37,198 nt of DNA from a virus (lineage: Duplodnaviria > Caudoviricetes). A program made the position numbers and the translations under genes. Shown here piece after piece: positions 28,068 through 35,131 of this stretch. A model generated the notes under the pieces. That model saw only the letters and a list, made by a program, of their open reading frames with translations, did no database searches and was not told the origin of the DNA. The stretch covers positions 1-37,198 of IMG/VR virus record IMGVR_UViG_3300025103_000066; one strand, written 5' to 3'. Positions within the stretch are counted from its first letter, which is position 1. Each line of letters begins with the position of its first letter.

Positions 28068-28324
28068 TAGTGCAACCTCTTATTCTTGTTGTTATCAACT
28101 GTGCTATTTTGAAGATCTTGTTCTTCAATAAGTAGTTCTTTTTGCATTCCTAAAGAAAATTGTTGTATCGCCCTCACAAATTCCTTTGCTTCTTCAGGGC
28201 TTCTTTTTTGAGTGTTAAAAGCATGTAGCAAGTGGATAACACTTGCATATTGACCGGCTCTTGTTGCATAAGATGTAGCCAAATACTTTACATACTCTAA
28301 ATATTTTTTTTCTTCATCAGTCAT
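28067..28324 (-). CDS. Hypothetical protein
   Basis: 85-aa ORF with overlapping stop/start. Confidence 0.65.
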   Translation of the reverse strand: MTDEEKKYLEYVKYLATSYATRAGQYASVIHLLHAFNTQKRSPEEAKEFVRAIQQFSLGMQKELLIEEQDLQNSTVDNNKNKRLH

Positions 28325-28499
28325 TTTCTTTACCTTCTACGCAAACAACACGCCCCATATGTGATACAACATCACCTTCACAAGTTACTGCTGTGTAAAC
28401 TGTATGCGTTAAAACCAACACACAACCAACAAGGAAGCCAATAATAAACAAACCTTGAAAGATCTGCCCACCGGTAAACATTCTTTTTTTATTTTTCAT
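28317..28499 (-). CDS. Small membrane protein with a Cys pair
   Basis: TM segment followed by TCEGD...VVC; TGTTATAAT extended -10 upstream (28521-28529, - strand). Confidence 0.6.
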   Translation of the reverse strand: MKNKKRMFTGGQIFQGLFIIGFLVGCVLVLTHTVYTAVTCEGDVVSHMGRVVCVEGKEND

Positions 28500-28663
28500 T
28501 TTCTCTTCTTTTTTATCTTTATTATAACATATTTTAAGTCAAAATTAAAAATTACCAGTTATACTCTTGGTTCATACTATCAATATTATCTTCAAGCTTC
28601 CTATCCCAAGGCGGCACCACTTCAGGAAAATCACAAGGTTTATAACCTTCTTCATGTAATGAT

Positions 28664-28987
28664 TTATGGCACCATATGCTTCACTAAGGCATCTTGAAGC
28701 CCTACATGATGCTTAACATGGTTATAAGATACAAATTGCATCCTATAGCCTTCAGGGTAATGTTCTTTAAAGTCCTTATGCCTTCCAGAATCAGGATCTG
28801 TAATGCCTAGATCCCCATACATCCAACCTTCACTTGAACAAATATGTTGCCCTAGGAACTTTCCATCTTCAGCAATCAACTTACCAACTAAATTACTAAG
28901 TTGACCGCCTTCACAATATCCATAGATAACTGGCAATTGATCTTCAGGTTTATTTAACGGGTTATGTTTTACATAGTGTTTTTCCAT
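28664..28987 (-). CDS. Conserved phage hypothetical protein
   Basis: IAEDGKFLGQHICSSEGWMYGDLG...HYPEGY. Confidence 0.7.
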   Translation of the reverse strand: MEKHYVKHNPLNKPEDQLPVIYGYCEGGQLSNLVGKLIAEDGKFLGQHICSSEGWMYGDLGITDPDSGRHKDFKEHYPEGYRMQFVSYNHVKHHVGLQDALVKHMVP

Positions 28988-29001
28988 AATTCATGATCCC
29001 T

Positions 29002-29610
29002 TTAATTAATCCAATATTGTTGATGTTCTAGTTTTTCTTGTTTTACAGCAGATTCTAGTTCTAACCGTTCATCAGGTTCACCAGATACAGCCACTTTCAA
29101 AAAATCTTCGCAATACTGGTTTTCTTCATTTGTCGTAAAAACATTTTCACGCTTTTTGCGTTTTATTTCCAAAAAAGTTACTTTACACCACTTCTTTTTT
29201 TCTTTTGGCGGTTCAATAATATAAACTATATCAGCTGGCTTTGGCATAACTGAATTAGTTTTTAAATAAATCTTAAAAGCTGATTCAATCTGCTGCATTG
29301 TGAAATCTGATAAAACCATTGCAAATAGTTTGCTTGCGTTTTCTAATTGTTCCGGCTCTTTTCCAAATGTATCAAGCGTATCATAGCAAATTAAAAGTAA
29401 CGCTGATAATTTACTATGCCAGTCCGAGGGCTTTTTTTGCTCGCTGGTGGTTGCTTTCATGTTTTGGGGCGGATTGCTCGTAGATGGTATAATCATCATC
29501 CCAGCCTCGGTTGTTAAGCCATGTGCTTGCATGTTTGATAAATCGTTGCTCTTGTCCAATTGCTTTACAGTAGTTTTGGTATTTTCTAACACCGTTGATA
29601 ATGGTTTCAT
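29002..29610 (-). CDS. Putative helicase loader/inhibitor (lambda P or G39P-like); probable start 29460
   Basis: Directly follows the initiator; LSDFTMQQIESAF..YL....MPKPADI pattern. Confidence 0.6.
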   Translation of the reverse strand: MKPLSTVLENTKTTVKQLDKSNDLSNMQAHGLTTEAGMMIIPSTSNPPQNMKATTSEQKKPSDWHSKLSALLLICYDTLDTFGKEPEQLENASKLFAMVLSDFTMQQIESAFKIYLKTNSVMPKPADIVYIIEPPKEKKKWCKVTFLEIKRKKRENVFTTNEENQYCEDFLKVAVSGEPDERLELESAVKQEKLEHQQYWIN

Positions 29611-30136
29611 AGTTCACCCCTAGTTTTAAAGTTTTCTTAAATGATTTTATAGCCTGTTGTTTATTTCCTATTTTTCCGTAGAAATTCCAAAATTCATCAA
29701 AATCACTTATTTTATTATCATTGTTTTCATTGTTATTATTGTTTTCATTATTAGTAGTTGTTATCTGTTTGTTATCTGTTTGTTGCTCGCTTGTTACTTG
29801 TTTGTTATCTTGCTTGTTAATACCTTGATATAAATCATAGTTAACTACTGTAATTAAACGGCTTTTGTTTGATGCTTTGCTTGTTAACTCATTAGTAGAT
29901 TCTAACTTGTTAATTGCAGTGCGTATTTTCATCACACTTAAACCAGTATCTTTTGAAAGGCTATCAAGGGATGTGATGAATTGTCCCCTCCCTATATCAA
30001 TTCCACGCCACTTTTTATGTATGTGGTTTGCTTTTAATAAGCAATATGTGAATAAATGACAGGTGTTAATATCAGTGTACCATTCCCAATCTAGGAACTT
30101 TCTGTGCAAACTAATCCAGCCTTGACAATCAGTCAT
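29414..30136 (-). CDS. Phage replication initiator (replisome organiser, lambda O-like role)
   Basis: GWISLHRKFLDWEWY, RGQFITS...TGLS wHTH; FDEFWNFY, KHASTWLN C-terminal domain; internal iterons. Confidence 0.9.
   Translation of the reverse strand: MTDCQGWISLHRKFLDWEWYTDINTCHLFTYCLLKANHIHKKWRGIDIGRGQFITSLDSLSKDTGLSVMKIRTAINKLESTNELTSKASNKSRLITVVNYDLYQGINKQDNKQVTSEQQTDNKQITTTNNENNNNNENNDNKISDFDEFWNFYGKIGNKQQAIKSFKKTLKLGVNYETIINGVRKYQNYCKAIGQEQRFIKHASTWLNNRGWDDDYTIYEQSAPKHESNHQRAKKALGLA
29701..29820. repeat. Putative replication origin: six ~11-bp iterons plus an AT-rich tract
   Basis: TTGTT-starting units at 29758, 29769, 29780, 29791, 29802 and 29814 (consensus TTGTTATCTGT) next to AT-rich 29701-29757. 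Confidence 0.75.
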
Positions 30137-30140
30137 AATG

Positions 30141-30359
30141 CTAAACCCCCCAGCTTTTTAAAACCCTTTCAATATTGTTCATCATTTTAATCCGAGGTGA
30201 ATTTATATGAAAATTCAGGATTTGCGATAAATGCCCCTCCGAAGTGCCTACTTCGTTTGCAAGGTCTATTTGCCGTTTTCCTGCACGTCTAATGCGAACT
30301 GGTATTTGCTCAATTGCAGATTTTAGAACTAGATTTGATTCTATATTATTTTTACTCAT
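30141..30359 (-). CDS. Cro-like HTH regulator
   Basis: 72 aa; QIDLANEVGTSEGHLSQIL...PR HTH; first gene of the - strand block. Confidence 0.8.
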   Translation of the reverse strand: MSKNNIESNLVLKSAIEQIPVRIRRAGKRQIDLANEVGTSEGHLSQILNFHINSPRIKMMNNIERVLKSWGV

Positions 30360-30392
30360 TGTTTTACGTCCTGTTGAGTTTTGATATAGTCG

Positions 30393-30421
30393 ATATTAAA
30401 CAAAAGAAATTTAAAAAGCAA
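30393..30421 (-). promoter_or_regulatory. Sigma70 promoter for the cro/replication operon
   Basis: TTGCTT (30421-30416), 17-bp spacer, TAATAT (30398-30393). Confidence 0.65.
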
Positions 30422-30499
30422 TAAATAAATTGTTCAGGGTGTGCAACTAGGAGAAACACACCCCTACTAACCATATGAAGGACGAGTTCATAAATACGC
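30422..30499 (-). ncRNA. Candidate two-hairpin sRNA with anti-RBS loops
   Basis: Hairpins at 30437-30463 and 30474-30492; - strand loops UUUCUCCUAGUUG and CUCGUCC; own promoter upstream and U-rich 3' end. Confidence 0.55.
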
Positions 30500-30505
30500 T
30501 TAAAG

Positions 30506-30534
30506 ATATTATATTAATAAATCACTTTTTACAA
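30506..30534 (-). promoter_or_regulatory. Putative sigma70 promoter for the candidate sRNA
   Basis: TTGTAA (30534-30529), 17-bp spacer, TAATAT (30511-30506). Confidence 0.55.
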
Positions 30535-30540
30535 CCTTTG

Positions 30541-30606
30541 AAAATAAATCGAAATAAATTTTGATTTAAGTGTTGACTATAGTTTTAATTTCAACTATAA
30601 ATAGGT
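30541..30606 (+). promoter_or_regulatory. Early promoter P1 with overlapping palindromic operator
   Basis: TTGACT (30573-30578), 17-bp spacer, TATAAA (30596-30601); GTTGA-N14-TCAAC; near-duplicate at 34327-34392. Confidence 0.8.
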
Positions 30607-30641
30607 CAGACGTTAAACATAAAAAACTAGGAAAATTTATT

Positions 30642-30836
30642 ATGAATAATATAGAAATTATAAAAGAAATTGGATTTGCATTAAACCAAGAGGCTTTGGA
30701 GTTGCTAGAAAACAACGACACATTAGCCGTTGCATCTTGGAATGATGATATACAGGAAGCTAAAGAACAGGAATCTAGTTTAGAGATATCTAGCCATTGC
30801 TCTAAAACTGGCAATCCAATTTTAGTAAAACTTTAA
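30642..30836 (+). CDS. Hypothetical protein (start moved to ATG 30642)
   Basis: AACTAGGA RBS at 30625-30632; the longer track ORF would overlap the promoter. Confidence 0.7.
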   Translation: MNNIEIIKEIGFALNQEALELLENNDTLAVASWNDDIQEAKEQESSLEISSHCSKTGNPILVKL

Positions 30837-30854
30837 AACTAGGAGAGTTTAAAA

Positions 30855-31022
30855 ATGTCAAATCCAATAAAAATATTACTAACCGATTCCGACACTTCCG
30901 AGGTTGTTGAAATCTTAGAGGAAAAAGCAAGGGCTTACGTTAGGGAAAAAAATAACGTTAAAGCTTGCGAAATTATGGGAATCGCAAAACATATTGAATC
31001 ACAACAAAACAATCAAAATTAG
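30855..31022 (+). CDS. Small 55-aa protein (not in ORF track)
   Basis: MSNPIKILLTDSDTSEVVEILEEKARAY...; AACTAGGAGA RBS. Confidence 0.7.
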   Translation: MSNPIKILLTDSDTSEVVEILEEKARAYVREKNNVKACEIMGIAKHIESQQNNQN

Positions 31023-31031
31023 GGAAGTATT

Positions 31032-31394
31032 ATGTCACGACACACAAAAGAAACTAAAAAAATTGATTTAATTGTAGGGCAAAAAATAAACGAAAAACGT
31101 TTAGCAATGGGATTATCAAGGCAGCAACTAGCGGATAAAATAGGCGTAACGCACCAGCAAGTGCAGAAATACGAAAAAGGCACTGATAGGGTTAGCTTTG
31201 GGCGTATGGTTTTAATTGCTAGGGCTTTGAATGAGCCGTTAAAATATTTTACTGAAGTTGATAATGAAAACAAATTAGCTACTAATCATCAGCGTATGCA
31301 AATTGAAGTTTCTAGGAATTTTGCAAAAATCGAAAACCCAGCAAATCAAAACGCTGTAAATATTTTAATCAAAACTTTGGCAAAGGAGGGCTAG
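31032..31394 (+). CDS. XRE-family HTH regulator, alphaproteobacterial PraR/RtrA-like, Rickettsia-type
   Basis: IDLIVGQKI...GLSRQQLADKIGVTHQQVQKYEKGTDRVS...HQRMQIEVSRNFAKI. Confidence 0.92.
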   Translation: MSRHTKETKKIDLIVGQKINEKRLAMGLSRQQLADKIGVTHQQVQKYEKGTDRVSFGRMVLIARALNEPLKYFTEVDNENKLATNHQRMQIEVSRNFAKIENPANQNAVNILIKTLAKEG

Positions 31395-31397
31395 ATA

Positions 31398-31556
31398 ATG
31401 GCAGAATCAATAATTAAATCATCAATAATAATGCTTATAATGATGGCTTTTATGGCTGTAACATTTTTAAGGTTTCAGAATTGTGAAGGCGATTATTGCA
31501 CTAGCGTTTCACACGCAAAAATGAAATGGGATAAGCTCAATGAAACATTTTTTTAA
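31398..31556 (+). CDS. Small membrane peptide, 52 aa, with a Cys pair (not in ORF track)
   Basis: MAESIIKSSIIMLIMMAFMAVTFLRFQNCEGDYC...; AAGGAGG RBS. Confidence 0.6.
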   Translation: MAESIIKSSIIMLIMMAFMAVTFLRFQNCEGDYCTSVSHAKMKWDKLNETFF

Positions 31557-31668
31557 AACATATATATTATTCATAATTGCATCAATTCCTAGCTGCCGGC
31601 TTTTATATTGCGTGTATGTGAATAGATTTACAATAATAACATTTTTAGATTTTTAGAAGGAATAAGCC

Positions 31669-31806
31669 ATGCCTAAAGACACCCTAAAAGAATACATCAC
31701 CACAAACAAACCCGCAATACAGAAGCCAGAGGATTTAACACCCGAAGAAGCTAAAGAGGTGCTGTTGGCTTATGTGGAATATCAGGGAGGTGAGGATGCC
31801 GAGTAA
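31669..31806 (+). CDS. Small 45-aa protein (not in ORF track)
   Basis: MPKDTLKEYITTNKPAIQKPEDLTPEEAKEVLLAYVEYQGGEDAE; AAGGA RBS. Confidence 0.55.
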   Translation: MPKDTLKEYITTNKPAIQKPEDLTPEEAKEVLLAYVEYQGGEDAE

Positions 31807-32152
31807 ACAGGAAATAGAAGCTTCAATAACAGCGTTTAAGAAAAGTTTAGACGATAGAGGTGTCAACGTGAGTGGGAGATTAGTAAGTCAATTGCTTGCT
31901 TTCGATGTGCATATACCTAAAGCCCTTGAGGCTGCGGAGAAGGTGCGGTGGCAACCTATATCCGAATTAGATTTGAACAAGTTGGTTGTAGCTAAGGAAG
32001 ACGGGAAAGAATTTATAGGTAGGTTAGCACCCCCATTTGAAGATGGTGAGGTCAATTGGTTTACTGAAGTAGATTATGCGGGCGAATCTATCATAGCACG
32101 ACACCCAACAGAGTTTAGGGAAATCTTACCCACCCCACCAGAAGGAGAGTAG
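31772..32152 (+). CDS. Protein with a C-terminal DUF551-like domain (probable start 31796)
   Basis: WQPISE...PTEFREILPTPP; GGAGGTGAGG before ATG 31796. Confidence 0.65.
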   Translation: MWNIREVRMPSKQEIEASITAFKKSLDDRGVNVSGRLVSQLLAFDVHIPKALEAAEKVRWQPISELDLNKLVVAKEDGKEFIGRLAPPFEDGEVNWFTEVDYAGESIIARHPTEFREILPTPPEGE

Positions 32153-32153
32153 A

Positions 32154-32348
32154 ATGTCAAATAAGGTGACGCAAGAACAGGCGGTAAATGCTGCTGTCGA
32201 TTTTATAAGCACCCACCTAGAGGCAGCCGACGAAGGGGAGTGTGTCGACTACTACACCCAAGTAATCAGTAAACTACGTGCAATCGAACAAAAGATGAAG
32301 AAGCGGCGGTTTAAGCAGATGCAATCAAGGAGGAATAACAGAAAATGA
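32154..32348 (+). CDS. Hypothetical protein
   Basis: 64 aa; AAGGAG RBS. Confidence 0.65.
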   Translation: MSNKVTQEQAVNAAVDFISTHLEAADEGECVDYYTQVISKLRAIEQKMKKRRFKQMQSRRNNRK

Positions 32349-32554
32349 CAGATGAATTAAAGCAAGACCATATTCCCGACACCAGCAATATGGTTGAAGC
32401 CCTCAAGGCAGAGAATGAGCGATTACAGGAGGCTTTGGAAGATATCGCCCTACAAAAAGTTTACAAGGGAGCTGACGGTTTACCGTATAGCGAAGTTGAT
32501 AGAGCTAGGAATTACAGCGTAGAAATAGCAAAACAAGCGCTGGAGGGTAAGTAG
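32345..32554 (+). CDS. Hypothetical coiled-coil protein
   Basis: LKAENERLQEALEDIA...IAKQALEG; ATGA overlap with the previous gene. Confidence 0.65.
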   Translation: MTDELKQDHIPDTSNMVEALKAENERLQEALEDIALQKVYKGADGLPYSEVDRARNYSVEIAKQALEGK

Positions 32555-32677
32555 ATGATAGATAAACTATACCACTACTGGCGCAAATGGTATTTAAATA
32601 ACAAACAGAATAAAACATACGCTGAAACAGTAGAATGGTGTATGCGTAATAATATATCAAGGAGGTTGAAAGGGTGA
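32555..32677 (+). CDS. Small 40-aa protein (not in ORF track)
   Basis: MIDKLYHYWRKWYLNNKQNKTYAETVEWCMRNNISRRLKG; fills the gap exactly, with a GTGA overlap. Confidence 0.5.
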   Translation: MIDKLYHYWRKWYLNNKQNKTYAETVEWCMRNNISRRLKG

Positions 32678-32952
32678 AAGATAAACTAGCAGAGATTAAA
32701 GAGGCTTTAGGAACAGCGAACCGCACCTACCTAGGTAGTGAGTACGTCGCTTGCATTAAACCTGCAAAACTAGGGGAAGCCCTGCAATCCCTCAAAGAGC
32801 TTGAGGATATGTTGGAGAGTGAGGAGTTCATGGAATATATGCAAGTCGCCATTGCGGAAGAGTATATGTTAATCCCGAAAAATACACCATGGGAGGTTTA
32901 TAGCGAAAGATTAACTCAAGTAGTTCTCAAGACAATAAAAGGTGAATTATGA
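32674..32952 (+). CDS. Hypothetical protein
   Basis: 92 aa; GTG start after AAGGAGG. Confidence 0.65.
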   Translation: MKDKLAEIKEALGTANRTYLGSEYVACIKPAKLGEALQSLKELEDMLESEEFMEYMQVAIAEEYMLIPKNTPWEVYSERLTQVVLKTIKGEL

Positions 32953-33152
32953 CAGATAAAGTTTTAATGTGGAATACAGAAGAAGAATGCTACTTTTCCA
33001 GTGAAGTTATAGGAACTAAAAAACTTAGTGAGGCTTCACTAGTCGAAAAGGATTTTGCTACTGAATTTTACAAGAACAGCCCAAATATCAACTTAATTGA
33101 CCTAGAAGAAGCATTTACAAGTTTACAACTACAGGTTAGAATAAATAAATAA
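32949..33152 (+). CDS. Hypothetical protein
   Basis: 67 aa; ATGA overlap. Confidence 0.6.
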   Translation: MTDKVLMWNTEEECYFSSEVIGTKKLSEASLVEKDFATEFYKNSPNINLIDLEEAFTSLQLQVRINK

Positions 33153-33180
33153 ACAATCACATAATAAAGGACGTGAAAAA

Positions 33181-34323
33181 ATGTGTAATTTTACTCAAGA
33201 CGAAAAGCCCACCACCAAAAAACCAAAAGCTGATATGCCATATGCAGAAGGTATTTATTTTGATATGCCTGAAGATGAATATCATAAGATTCCTTATTTC
33301 AGCCGATCAGGGGCAGATGAAATATTATTTAGTGCTGAACAGTTTTGGGAAAACTCACCTATGAACCCTGACCGCAAAGAAAAAGAAACAAATGATGCAA
33401 TGGATTTAGGAAGTGCAATACACTGCATGTTGCTTGAACCTGAACGATTTAAGAGCCTATATGCTAAATATCCTACAGTGAGTGATTATAAGGGGAAAAA
33501 TATATTAAAAACCTCTGAAGACTTGAAAACCTTTCTGGATCTTGTTGGTCAAAAGAAAACCGGCAAAAAGCAAGATTTAATCAATAGGGCAGTGGAATAT
33601 TTAGATCCTAGAATTGATGTTATTTGGGATAATGAAATAAAAACATTTCTTGAAGAAGTGGCTGAAAGTGGCAAGCGTATCTTATCAGACGATCATACAG
33701 AAATATTAACTGGTATTGAAGATGCTATAAAGCGTAGAAAGAAAATGCCGGAGATATTAGAAAACACACGTTCAGAAGTTGTTATAATATGGAAAGATGA
33801 AGAAACTGGTATTATGTGCAAATGTATGATTGATGCAGTACGACCTGAAGCAATAGGTGAAGTAAAATCTTTTTCAGTAAAAAATTACAATATACCACTA
33901 GAAGAAACTATGCTTAATGATATTAGGTACCGTAAATATAACCATCAGTTTTATGTTTATAGTGAAGCATTAAAAACCATTATAAAGAAAATCAATACCG
34001 GCAAGGCTGAAGTTTTTGGTGACGTTGATGAAAGTTGGTTAAAAGAATTTCTTAAAACACCAAATAAACAGTTTTTTATAATGTTCTTCAGAACACAGGC
34101 ACCTTATCAATGTAAATCTTATGAACTAGAAAGATCTGTTATGCCTGATGCAACAGCAAATACATATTATGAAATGGGGCAAATGATGTGGAAAGCTGCA
34201 ATCAAAAAGCTACAAGATCATTATACAAGGTTTGGAACGTCACGTTGGGTTGATGAAGATGAAGTTGTGACACTTACAGATGAACATATTCCGTCAATTG
34301 TGTATCAATCAACAGGCTTTTAA
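33181..34323 (+). CDS. PD-(D/E)XK exonuclease (RecE/exonuclease VIII, DUF3799-like)
   Basis: GIYFDMPEDEYH...SRSG...AMDLGSAIHCMLLEPERF...SEV..W.DEETG..CKCMID...EVKS...Y..Q..Y. Confidence 0.88.
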   Translation: MCNFTQDEKPTTKKPKADMPYAEGIYFDMPEDEYHKIPYFSRSGADEILFSAEQFWENSPMNPDRKEKETNDAMDLGSAIHCMLLEPERFKSLYAKYPTVSDYKGKNILKTSEDLKTFLDLVGQKKTGKKQDLINRAVEYLDPRIDVIWDNEIKTFLEEVAESGKRILSDDHTEILTGIEDAIKRRKKMPEILENTRSEVVIIWKDEETGIMCKCMIDAVRPEAIGEVKSFSVKNYNIPLEETMLNDIRYRKYNHQFYVYSEALKTIIKKINTGKAEVFGDVDESWLKEFLKTPNKQFFIMFFRTQAPYQCKSYELERSVMPDATANTYYEMGQMMWKAAIKKLQDHYTRFGTSRWVDEDEVVTLTDEHIPSIVYQSTGF

Positions 34324-34326
34324 CAC

Positions 34327-34392
34327 AAAATAAATCTAAAATTCTTTTGATTTTATGGTTGACTATGTTTTTATTTTCAACTATAAATAGGT
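34327..34392 (+). promoter_or_regulatory. Early promoter P2, duplicate of P1
   Basis: TTGACT (34359-34364), 17-bp spacer, TATAAA (34382-34387); GTTGA-N14-TCAAC. Confidence 0.8.
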
Positions 34393-34418
34393 AAAGCAAT
34401 AATGAAGGACGGTTTTAT

Positions 34419-34688
34419 ATGTGGTGTGCAATTCTTAATGATGGTTGTTTTGAAGCTGAAACTTTAGAGCAACTAACTATTCAAATAGGTGAATATTATG
34501 CTGAAAATGATAGGCTGCTTCCAGATATTGAAAGCATAGAAAATGACAACCAAAGCCTTTCAACATTAGGATTGCAAAAATTCTATGAAGCTTGTGAAAG
34601 TGAATATGAAGCTGAAATTGAAGAAATAGCAGCTGAAAAAGAATATCAAAGGCAAGTTAGATCTGATTATTATTCAAATATTTTATAG
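34419..34688 (+). CDS. Highly acidic hypothetical protein
   Basis: 89 aa, Glu/Asp-rich; first gene after P2. Confidence 0.7.
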   Translation: MWCAILNDGCFEAETLEQLTIQIGEYYAENDRLLPDIESIENDNQSLSTLGLQKFYEACESEYEAEIEEIAAEKEYQRQVRSDYYSNIL

Positions 34689-34697
34689 GTAAATTTT

Positions 34698-35120
34698 ATG
34701 AGCGTTCATTTTTCAAGTGAAACAGATTTGTGGAGTACACCACAAGAAACTTTTGATAACTTAAATAAGGTTTTTAATTTTAAACTAGATCCTTGTGCAA
34801 CCGTTGAAAATGCGAAGTGTGAAAATTTCTTCACGAAAGAAGATGATGGACTTTCTAAAGATTGGGCAGCTTATGGAAATGTTTTTATGAATCCGCCATA
34901 TGGACGTGAAATAGGCAAATGGGTTCACAAGGCTTATACATCAGGTGCGTGTGTTGTGTGCCTACTGCCAGCTAGGACTGACACAAAGTGGTGGAATGAC
35001 AATTGCAATAATGCTGATGTAATAAAGTTCATTAAAGGGCGTTTAAGGTTTGGAGATTCCAAGAATTCCGCACCTTTCCCATCAGCAATAGTAATATTTA
35101 ATTTATTTAACTCAAACTAG
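34698..35120 (+). CDS. Phage N6-adenine DNA methyltransferase (phage Dam-like family)
   Basis: WSTPQ, LDPCA, DDGL, MNPPY, LLPARTDT, GRLRF, APFPS motifs. Confidence 0.92.
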   Translation: MSVHFSSETDLWSTPQETFDNLNKVFNFKLDPCATVENAKCENFFTKEDDGLSKDWAAYGNVFMNPPYGREIGKWVHKAYTSGACVVCLLPARTDTKWWNDNCNNADVIKFIKGRLRFGDSKNSAPFPSAIVIFNLFNSN

Positions 35121-35131
35121 GAAAAACAAAA

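Noticed and set aside
29758-29820. CRISPR array
   Set aside because: Short contiguous degenerate units without spacers, inside a CDS; better explained as iterons.
30570-30641. N-terminal extension of ORF 30570-30836
   Set aside because: It overlaps promoter P1; the RBS supports ATG 30642.
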